Shown here piece by piece: positions 1 through 10,041 of a stretch of 64,000 bases of DNA. The translations under genes were made by a program, and so were the position numbers. The notes under the pieces are model-generated. The model saw only the letters and a program-made list of their open reading frames with translations, was not told the DNA's origin and ran no database searches. Origin of the DNA: Mizuhopecten yessoensis (Eukaryota); NCBI RefSeq assembly GCF_002113885.1, contig NW_018403528.1, forward strand, positions 421,641 to 485,640. Reading direction: 5' to 3'. Position 1 is the first letter of the stretch, and every line of letters starts with the position of its first letter.

Positions 1-196
1 ACAGGGGATTTATTTTTATTATATGGGATGAAGGTGTGGGAGGTGGGACAGTGGGATGGAGGCAAATTAAGCTTGCCGAGTACCGAGCAAGGAAGGCAAA
101 GAAACTGGTAGACAGGAGGGCAGTCAATCCGGTCTCATATCAAACTTACTGCGGCGAAATAAGGTAATTCGTTTGTTTGTCAAATTCTAGCCCAAG

Positions 197-307
197 TTTC
201 ATCAAGCCCTGACACCAGACTTAAAATTAACAGCTAGATGCATGTCTGCCCACTCCAGACATCTATCTGTCAAACTGTTTATGTCTGATGTCAGGGCCCG
301 AAGAAAC
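197..307. mobile_element. Small palindromic MITE-like repeat (paralogue at ~10249-10360; inverted relative at ~16735-16805)
   Basis: GTTTCATCAAGCCCTGACACCAGAC vs GTCTGATGTCAGGGCCCGAAGAAAC, with inner AGATG..TCTG/CAGACATCT arms. Confidence 0.5.
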
Positions 308-599
308 CCGGGCTGATTCTAGTTAGTCAAATTCTAGATTAACATCTTGGAAGTATTAGTTATAGCACGGACTTAGATAATCTAATTCCGTGGTTATAGT
401 ATCCCGATATCTAGGATATGTGACATGAATTATACAAAAATGCTATACAGTTGTGGCCTTTATTAGACCGTATGAAAGGCTATCAATTTTGTTCAAATGT
501 TAAGCAATTGAATGTGTTAAAACCTTCTAATAACATTTCAATTTTCATGACATACAAAGTAAGAGTCCCTGGAGCATTATATTTGCTCTGTTCATGTAT

Positions 600-1000
600 T
601 TAAATGGGAGGGTGGGGGTCTTCAGACTTAAAAGGGGACAGGTTGGGGTCCTCAGACTTTAAAAGGGAGAGGTGGGGGTCCTTAGACTTTAAAAGGGAAA
701 GGTGGGGGTCCTCAGACTTTAAAAGGGGAGTGGGGTTCCTCAGACTTTAAAAGGGAGAGGTGGGGTTCCTCAGACTTTAAGAGGGAAAGGTGGGGGTCCT
801 CAGACTTTAAAAGGGAAGGGTGTGTGGTCAACAGATTTTAAAGGGGTAGGGTCATCAGACTTTGAAGGGGAGGGGTGTGTGGATACAGACTTCGAATNGG
901 GGCTTAGACTTTAAATGGGAGGGGGGGTCCTTAGACTTAAATGGGAGGATGGAGGGGTCCCCAGACTTCGTATGGGAGGGATGAGGGTCTATAGACTTTC
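600..1000 (+). repeat. G-rich ~31-bp minisatellite in SAYSD1 copy-1 intron
   Basis: Unit CCTCAGACTTTAAAAGGGAGAGGTGGGGGT, ~13 copies; shorter diverged paralogue at 11185-11365; contains an N at 898. Confidence 0.85.
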
Positions 1001-1712
1001 AAAGGTTTACCGGCTACGGGCTACAAATGAAAAATGTAAAGGGACAAGGCCAGTCAGCAAAGATGATCAAATGTTTTAAGTTACTTATAGAACAACTATC
1101 TAAAGAGTTTCAGGGTCAAAATCTTCTCTGGTCCCTTTGTTTTTTTATTCCTTCTGCTACACATGTACTCAGCTTTTAACAACTTATCCACATGTATATT
1201 TCAGACTGATGGGTGTGTTGACTCTTCATAATCTATATCAGAATCTCAAAATAATACAAACTCTGCAGCTATGTCAACTAAAGACGGCCAACAGCAGCAG
1301 CAGCAGCAGGAAGATCCCGGGGAAGAGGTTTCAGAGCCTAAAGTGTGGGATAAATTAGCAATAATGGTGTTTGGTCTTAAGTGTCTGTTATGGCTTGCTC
1401 TGTGGGGACTCTTCGTAGAGATGCAATTTGGTGCCATCTTTGTTTTGTTATCGGCCTTTATTTTTCTCTACAAAAGCTTGAGCAATAGAAAAAGGAAGAA
1501 AAACCAACTAAGTGCCTATTCCGTGTTTAACCCAAACTGTGAGAGGCTTGATGGAACATTAACTGCGGAGCAATTCGAGCAGGAGCTACGCTATGGTCTA
1601 TTTGTTTAATGCATTTTGAATATATTGATTCTCACAAGTGGTTTTAATACCTGTACAGTGTGTATTATAGTTTCTTACAAAGATGATGTTTTTCAGGCTT
1701 TTCTGATTTTAA

Positions 1713-3235
1713 GTTGGCTCCACACTTTCGCAATTAACCAGGAAAATTCGTTGAAACTTTCATATAATGGTTATGCAACTACGTAGAGTTGATTTTATGA
1801 AAATCTAAACATTCCGATAGTTTGGGGACTTTTTTGGAAAAAATACCAAAAAAATGAATTTTCGTCAATTTTAATATTTTCTGTTTTAAGCTCACCTGGC
1901 ACGAAGTCCCATGTGAGCTTATGCCGTGGCGCGGCGTCCGTCGTCCGGCCGTCGTCCGGCGTCAATATTTTACTTTAAACAACTTCTTCTGAATAACCAA
2001 AATGCCCAGGGTGATGATATTTGGCCTGTAGCATGCTGAGGTGAAGGGCTACAAAGTTTGTTCAAATGAATGACCTTCACCCATATTCAAGGTCACAGGG
2101 GTCAAAAATGTTAAAAACTTTAAACAACTTCTTCTGAATAACCAAAATGCCCAGGGTGATTATATTTGGCCAGTAGCATGCTGAGATGAAGGGCTACAAA
2201 GTTTGTTCAAATGAATGACCTTCACCCATATTCAAGGTCACAGGGGTCAAATATGTTAAAATCTTTAAACAACTTCTTCTGAATAACCAAAATGCCCAGG
2301 GTGATTATATTTGGCCAGTAGCATGCTGGGGCAAAGGGCTATCAAGTTTGTTATGAATGACCTTCACCTATATTCAAGGTCACAGGGGTCAAATATGTGA
2401 AAAACATTAAATAACTTCTTCTGAATAGCCAAAATGCACAGGGTGATGATATTTGGCCAGTAGCATGCTGAGATGAAGGGCTGCAAAGTTTGTTTAAATG
2501 TATGACCTTGAATCATATTCAAGGTCACAAGGAGCAAATATGTTCAAAATATTTAAACAACTTGTTCTGAATAACCAAAAGGCTCAGGATGTTGATATTT
2601 AGTCAGATCAAGGACTTCTTTGTTTGTTCAAGTGAATGACTTTGACTTATATTCAAGGTCACACGGGTCAAATTTGTTTAAAATCTTTAAACAACCTCTT
2701 CTGAATAACCATGGGTCCCAGGATGTTGAAACTTTGCAAGTTGCATACTGAGATGAAAGGCTATACAATTTGTTCAACATAATGACTTTGTTCGACTTTC
2801 AAAGTAACAAGGGTGAAATGTTTTAAAATCTTTTAACAGATTCTTTTGAATGACTTTAATAAAAAATATTGATATTTTGCCTGTAGCTTTATTTTAGATC
2901 ACTTTTAAGGTTGCAAGTGTGAGATTTTAACCAGGTGAACGATGCAGGCCCATTGGGCCTCTTGTTTTGTGTGTGTGGCATTGTTCGGAACAATAACAAT
3001 AATAATAAAATGAAAAGAAGCATTTCTAATTAACCCTACAAATATTTTATTTATCGCAAAATAGGTAACACATGTTACACAAAGTGTTTTTTTATTGAAT
3101 TTGTACGGATAAAATAAAATGAAAATAAAATGAATGTTTACATGCACATTTCGATCAAGATAATTGGGTCCGAGCTGTACTTTTTCCGGAAGTACGTCAC
3201 GAAAATGGACGCTGATGACGATGTGTGGAGCCACC
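1713..3235 (+). mobile_element. Non-autonomous TTAA-targeting DNA transposon (Kolobok-like), copy A; internally deleted, with nested HINE
   Basis: TTAA|GTTGGCTCCACAC...GTGTGGAGCCACC|TTAA. Absent at the paralogous site (~12430). Homologous to copies at 14096 and 51730. Confidence 0.85.
1886..2966 (+). mobile_element. Helentron-associated (HINE/pearl-like) non-autonomous element with ~6 internal 145-bp tandem repeats
   Basis: 5' AGCTCACCTG followed by (CGTC)n-like microsatellite; 145-bp core repeats; 3' CAGGTGAACG subterminal inverted repeat plus AGGCCC..GGGCCT hairpin and CTTGTT end; inserted in a T-run. Confidence 0.8.
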
Positions 3236-5157
3236 TTAATAGTATGCATGTGTGTAATCGGAAGATATTTTTTCAACAACCTTATCACCAAAACATTTTT
3301 TTTGTGGCAGTGTTATTTCCAAACGAGTTTTGCAGTATAATGAGTCTGCAAAGAAAAGATAACTGCAAACATTTAAAGATCGAAATAATACTTACTTAAA
3401 TATCTCTGTGCATTTGCAACACATATATCCAAAACTGCACAAAATTATACTTTTCACAATAACAGGAAAATATTGATGCATAAAATGAAAGCTGAGTACA
3501 GTATACATTTTCAGTTTTGTTATAATTTTGTATTGAAAAACAAACTGTGATTGTTCTATAACCCTATACATTCCTCTTTGATCTTTTTGTCATGTCTGTA
3601 TTGTTGGTCGGAATGTGATACAAAGCAAAATGTGATATTAAAAGAAAACACCATTTCTGTGAAAACTAAGCATATTATTTACCAGGTAGGTTCAAGTTAA
3701 AACTCTGAATAGTACATACGTATATATGCATATATCAATCAAGATACGAAAAAGGCCAGTTTTCATAGGTTTCGTCCTGTAGAAGTACTTTTTTTTTATT
3801 GTATGGAAAATGTAAGACAACTGGCAATAGAACATGATATTAACAGGATTTCATGTTATATTACATTATGTAAAACAAACTAAATTACATAGTTTGTCAT
3901 TGATAGCATTAATCCTGTTTTTGTATCAAAATAAGCCAAAAAAATATAAGGTCTGATTTAAAAATATAAATATTTATACTATTGAGTTGTATGTTTAGTC
4001 AAATTATTCTCTTGCTTGCAATTGTGTCCCCACCATTCTAAAGCATAGTGCTTACACTAAGTGTTCTAATAGAAACATTGAGTGTTATGAAAACATGATA
4101 TTATCAGAAATGTGACATTAAGTGGAGTTCACGGTAAGATGTAATATGAACGTTAACAGTGACACACCACCACAGAACCATGGTAACCCGGGGGGGTATC
4201 TTGTACACTTGGTGCACTGTTATATAGCATTACATTTTAACTCGATTCAGTAATTAATGTTTACAATACTGCGTACCAGTAAACTTTCACCTTGTCAAAC
4301 TTTCCTCCTTCACTGGTAAAAATTACATTCACCGAGCCTTAATTTGCCCATTTAATGACTATATACAGAATTCTGTGTATTACTTCTCACTCTCAGGATA
4401 AATGTCCTCATGATGGAGGACGAAACTGGCTAACGTTAAACTGCAGCGAAATGTTCCTGGTATACAGTATGTTCGACTTTACATTTATATAGTTATATCA
4501 TATTGTCTTATTTATTAACTAACAAAATTTACGTAAGTACTGCTGTAATAAGAATATAAGTTATATTAAATAAGCTGAGTTTTACATCACATTTCATGTA
4601 TTTTATGTACATCTGTATTATGCTTTGTATTTCTCCTTTTTTTCCAAAGGTTTATAATTTGTTTGATCTAGAAGGTATGAGAACCTGACAATTGAAGAGA
4701 TCAGAACTTTTAAATTGCTATTTTCTGTGAAAAATAAAATTTCAACAGAAATATTTATTGTTCAAATAATGTGTTGGTCTGTTTTCAAATTTCCCATTTT
4801 TTATTTTAAACAAAAAATCCAGGACCACCAATGACTACAGTAATATTGTAGTATGTATCAACATAATCACTCCAATTAGTGCACATGTTCCTAGAACTAA
4901 AAAGTCCCATTTTTGTCCTGTTATAAATATCGTAAATATATTCGTTCAGCCATATAAGAAAGTTTACAAATTTTGTTTTCGATTTATTCAGTAATGTCAC
5001 AAAACAATGGAAGAGTGGAGGGTTTTCAGTCTGCTTTAGATTTCAACTCAGATTAACTATTTAACAGAAAAAAACTTACGCTAGCAACTCTAAGGGCATG
5101 ACACAGGAGTAGTCAATAACAAACCCTTTTATATTAGCACTCCTAACATTTTTGCAT

Positions 5158-7540
5158 GTTTATACGCCCGTCAAATTTGACGGGAGTCAGTTATGGTATG
5201 GCGTTGTCCGTCTGGCGTAAACTTTTGTTTGTCCGGCAATCTCCTCATACATTTTTCGACCGATCTCTTTGAAACTTGGTATACATTATAATCATGATAT
5301 GAAGTTGTGTCTCCCTTAAAGGAATTTTGTTTCAACCATTTTTAGCTCATCTGGTCCGAAGGACCATGGTGAGCTTATGCCGTACCGCAGCGTCCGTCGT
5401 CCGTCCATCAACTTTTCCTTTAAAACGCTACTAGTCCTTAACAGCCAAGTAGATTTTGACTAAATTTGGTCTGGAGCATCCTTAGGCCAAGGGGACTCAA
5501 TTTTGTATAAATGGTGGGTGTGGCCCCCCTGGGGGCATAGGGGCGGGGCCCAATAGGGGAAATAGAGGTAAAACTTTCAAAATCCTTCTTCTACCATACG
5601 GAATAAGGGATTTTATCCTAATTTAGTCTGGAGCATCCTTGGGCCAAGGGGACTCAATTTTGTATAAATGGTGGGTGTGGCGCCCCTTGGGGCAGATGGG
5701 CAGGGCCGAATAGGGGAAATAGGTAAAACCTTCAAAATCCTTCTCCTACCGTAGGGAATAAGGGATTTTATCCTCATTTAGTCTGGAGCATCAGTGGGCC
5801 AAGGGGACTCAATTTTGTATAAATGGTGGGTGTGGCGCCCCTTGGGGCAGATGGGCGGGGCCGAATAGGGGAAATAGGTAAAACCTTCAAAATCCTTCTC
5901 CTACCGTAGTGAATAAGGGATTTTATCCTCATTTAGTCTGGAGCATCAGTGGGCCAAGGGGGCTCAATTTTGTATAAATGGTGGGTGTGGCCCCCCCCCC
6001 CCCCCCTTGGGGCAGAGGGCCGGGGCCGAATAGGGGAAATAGAGGTAAAACCTTCAAAATCCTTCTCCTACCCTAGAGATTAAGGGTTTTTATCCTCATT
6101 AAGTCTGGAGCATCCTTGGGCCAAGGGGACTCATTTTGTATAAACTGTGGGTTTGGCCCCCCTGAGGGGCGGGGCCCAATAGGGGAACATAGCAAATTAT
6201 TCTTTAAAATCCTTCTACTTCTGTAAGAATTACAGGATTTGGTCCTATTTGGTGTTGAGCATCCTTGGGTTAAGGGAAACCATTTTTTTCATAAACGGTG
6301 GGTGTGGCCCCCTTGGGGGCTGAGGGGCGGTGCCCAATATGGGAAATATAGCAATATATTCATTAAAATCCTTCTTCTGTAGGAATGAAACGATTTGGTC
6401 CATATTTGGTGTTAAGCATCCTTGGGTGAAGGGGTACCAATTTTGTATAAATGGTGGGTGTGGCCCCCTCTGGGACCTGAGGGGTGGGGCCCAATAGGGG
6501 AAATAGAGGTAAAACCTTTAAAATCCTACTTCTACCATAGGGATTAAGGGATTTTATCCTAATTTAGTCTGGAGCATCCTTGGGCCAAGGGATCTCAATT
6601 TTGTATAAGCAGTGGGTGTGGTCTCCCAGGGGGCAGAAGGGCGGGGTCCAATAGGAGAAATAGAGGTAAAACCTTTAAAATCCTTCTTCTACCATCGTGA
6701 TTATGGGATGTTATCCTAATTTAGTCTGGAGCATCCTTTGGCCAAGGGGACTCAATTTTGTATAAACGGTGTGTATGACCCCCCCTAGGGGCATAGGGGT
6801 GGGGCTCTGTTTGAAATTTGTTATATCTCAAGTACTGGATGGATTTTTCTGAAATTTCATATGTACTTACCATCAGCACCTACCATGGAGTGCTATATCT
6901 TTACTTCAAACCGATTATTTTTAACATATTCAGGTGAGCGATACAGGCCCTCTGGGCCTCTTGTTTTAAAAGTTATTGCCCTTTGTTCATTTCAGTATTT
7001 GATTTTTGTCCAGCAATCTCCTCCTACATTTTATAACGGATCTCTTTGAAACTTGGTATACATTATAAACATGATATGAAGTTGTGTCTCCATTAAAAGA
7101 ATTTTGATTTGATAATTTTTCCAAAAGTTATTGCCCTTTGTTCATTTCAGTATTTGATTTTTGTCCAGCAACCTCCTCCTACATTTTATAACGGATCTCT
7201 TTGAAACTTGGTATACGTTATAAACATGATATGAAGTTGTGTCTCCATTAAAAGAATTTTGATTTGATAATTTTTCCAAAAGTTATTGCCCTTTGTTCAT
7301 TTCAGTATTTGATTTTTTGTCCGGAGATCTCCTTCATTTTTTGACAGATTTCTTTGAAACATAGTAGGCTAAATAATCATGATATGTTGTTGTGTTTCCT
7401 TTAAAAGAATTTTGGTTTGACAATTTTTGCAAAAGTTATTGCCCTTTGTTCACTTCAGTATTTGAATTTTTTTATCTGGAGATTTTCGGTCTGTTATCGC
7501 TTAATTGTATCTAGAAAGTTTCATTCGCTTGACTAAATAA
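5158..7540 (+). mobile_element. Host HINE-like element (TTTATACGCCCGTC...GACGGG start) with ~155-bp AT-rich tandem repeats
   Basis: 5' hairpin CCCGTCAAATTTGACGGG, then GTCCGTC; repeat unit AAAGTTATTGCCCTTTGTTCATTTCAG recurs at ~6969, 7124, 7279, 7433 and resumes across the nested insertion. Confidence 0.65.
5341..6965 (+). mobile_element. HINE-like element with ~9 G/C-rich ~156-bp tandem repeats, nested in another HINE
   Basis: TTTAGCTCATCTGGTCCGAAGGACC...CGTCCGTCGTCCGTCC start and CAGGTGAGCGATACAGGCCCTCTGGGCCTCTTGTT end; it interrupts one repeat unit of the host element. Confidence 0.8.
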
Positions 7541-7544
7541 TATG

Positions 7545-9117
7545 GTGGCCAATATCAGTACCCTGGGCCTTTTCGTTATGGAGAAAAAGTACGTCGTTTG
7601 AAGATTTTAACATATTTGACCCATGTGACATTTAAAGTGGGTCACGGTCATTCATTTGGAAAAACTTGGTAGCCCTTCATCCCAGCATACTACAGGCCCA
7701 ATGCCAGTACCCTGGGCCTTTTGGGTATTTAGAAGAGGTTGTTTGAAGATTTTAACATATTTGACCCATGGGACATTGAAAGTGGGTCACGGTCATTCAT
7801 TTGGTCAAACTTGGTAGCCCTTCATCCAAGCATACTACAGGCCCAATACCAGTACCCTGGTCCTTTTGGTTATTTAGAAGAGGCTGTTTGAAGATTTTAA
7901 CATATTTGACCCATGTGACATTTAAAGTGGGTCACGGTCATTCATTTGGTCAAACTTGGTAGCCCTTCATCCCAGCATGCTACAGGTCCAATTTCAGTAC
8001 CCTCTGCCTTTTGGTTATTGAGCAGAAGTTGTTTGAAGATGTTAAGACAATTGACCCATGTGACCTTGAAAGTGGGTCAAGGTCATTCATTTGAACAAAC
8101 TTGGTAGCCCTTTATCCAAGCATGCCACAAGCCCAATATCAGTACCCTTTGCCTTTTCGTTATGGAGAAAAAGCATGTCGTTTGAAGATTTTAACATATT
8201 TGACCCATGTGACATGGAAAGTAGTGCAAGTTCATTCATTTGAACAAACTTGGTAGGCCTTCATCCCAGCATGCTACAGGTCCAATTTCAGTACCCTCTG
8301 CCTTTTGTTTATTGAGCAGAAGTTCTTTGAAGATTTTAAGACAATTGACCCATGTGACCTTGAAAGTGTGTCAAGGTCATTCATTTGAACAAACTTGGTA
8401 GCCCTTTATCCAAGCATGCCACAAGCCCAATATCAGTACCCTTTGCCTTTTCGTTATGGAGAAAAAGCATGTCGTTTGAAGATTTTAACATATTTGACCC
8501 ATGTGACATGGAAAGTAGTGCAAGTTCATTCATTTGAACAAACTTGGTAGTCCTTCATCCCATCATGCTACAGGCCAATATCAGTACTTTGAGCCTTTTG
8601 GTTATTTAGAAGAGGCTGTTTGAAGATTTTAACATATTTGACCCATGTGACATGGAAAGTAGGTCAAGTTTATTCATTTGAACAAACTTGGTAGCCCTTT
8701 ATCCAAGCATGCCACAGCCCCAATATCAGTACCCTGGGCCTTTTCATTATGGAGAAAAAGTGCGTCGTTTGAAGATTTTAACATATTTGACCCATGTGAC
8801 ATTTAAAGTGGGTCACGGTCATTCATTTGGAAAAACTTGGTAGCCCTTCATCCCATCATGCTACAGGTCCAATTTCAGTACCCTCTGCCCTTTGGTTATT
8901 GAGCAGAAGTTGTTTGAAGATTTTAACATGTTTGACCCATGTGACATTGAAAGTGGGTCACGGTCCTTCATTTAGACAAACTTGGTAGCGCTTCATCCCA
9001 GCATACTGCAGGCCCAATGTCAGTACCCTAGGCCTTTTGGTTATTGAGAAGAAGTTGTTTAAAGTAAAATATTGACGACGGACGCCGCACCATACGGCAT
9101 AAGCTCACTTGGCCCTT
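7545..9117 (-). mobile_element. HINE-like element, ~10 x ~145-bp satellite units (same family as 1886-2966), truncated
   Basis: Repeats are reverse complements of the 145-bp unit; ends with GACGACGGACGCCGCACCATACGGCATAAGCTCAC (reverse complement of the 5' module). Confidence 0.78.
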
Positions 9118-9174
9118 ACTCTCGACTAACTAACTACATGTGTAAACTAACTAACTAACATTATTCTCGCCACG

Positions 9175-9768
9175 ATATTTGATAATTTTTTCAAAAGTTA
9201 TTGCCCTTTGTTCACTTCAGTATTTGAATTTTTTTATCTGGAGAATTTCGGTCTGTTATCGCTTAATTGTATCTAGAAAGTTTCATTCGCTTGACTAAAT
9301 ACTATGGTGCCCAATATCAGTACCCTGCGCCTTTTCGTTATGGAGAAAAAGCATGTCGTTTGAAGATTTTAACATATTTGACCCATGTGACATTTAAAGT
9401 GGGTCACGGTCATTCATTTGGTCAAACTTGGTAGCCCTTCATCCCAGCATACTACAGGCCCAATACCAGTACCCTGGGCCTTTTGGTTATTTAGAAGAGG
9501 TTGTTTGAAGATTTTAACATATTTGACCCATGTGACATTGAAAGTGGGTCACGGTCATTCATTTAGACAAACTTGGTAGCCCTTCATCCCAGCATACTGC
9601 AGGCCCAATGTCAGTACCCTGGGCCTTTTGGTTATTGAGAAGAAGTTGTTTAAAGTAAAATATTGACGACGGACGCCGCACCATACGGCATAAGCTCACT
9701 TGGCCCTTACTCTCGACTAACTAACTACATGTGTAAACTAACTAACTAACATTATTCTCGCCACGATC
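9175..9768. repeat. Local re-duplication of the 7420-9175 composite with fewer satellite units
   Basis: 9181-9300 matches 7420-7545; 9530-9768 matches 8940-9178 almost exactly. Confidence 0.75.
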
Positions 9769-10041
9769 TATGTGACAACTCTACACGTTATATATTTGAA
9801 CAAATTGCGCGGAAATCATTCTTCGAATTTGTCGTAAAAAGATGTTTCTTTTTACTAAAATATGACGGTGTATCCCTATGATTCTGCAATGTGTTTCCTC
9901 AAATCAGACGAATCCATTTCATTTAGAACAGTTACCTCCCTTGATTATACTCTCCTTTTGTAGAAATGAAAGTAGAATGTAAATAACAACACATCAACGT
10001 GTACAGAGGTTTATTTTTGGACGTAGGGGGTGAGAGGTGGG

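Larger units (their letters stand above)
56..1609 (+). pseudogene. SAYSD1: SAYSvFN domain-containing protein 1, upstream duplicate, disabled; exons 56..163 and 1205..1609
   Basis: Exon 2 encodes LWLALWGLFVEMQFGAIFVLLS...LSAYSVFNPNCERLDGTLTAEQFE (SAYSvFN motif). Exon 1 is homologous to 10042..10146, but a 4-nt insertion gives ATG GAG GCA AAT TAA and a 1-nt deletion follows. There is an in-frame TAA at 1229-1231, and a deletion replaces the C-terminus (YGLFV* vs YGPGAVR*). Confidence 0.85.

Noticed and set aside
4408-4462. SECIS element (ATGA...AAA...)
   Set aside because: The 3' side lacks the GA of the non-Watson-Crick quartet, and the SAYSD1 internal stop is TAA, not TGA.
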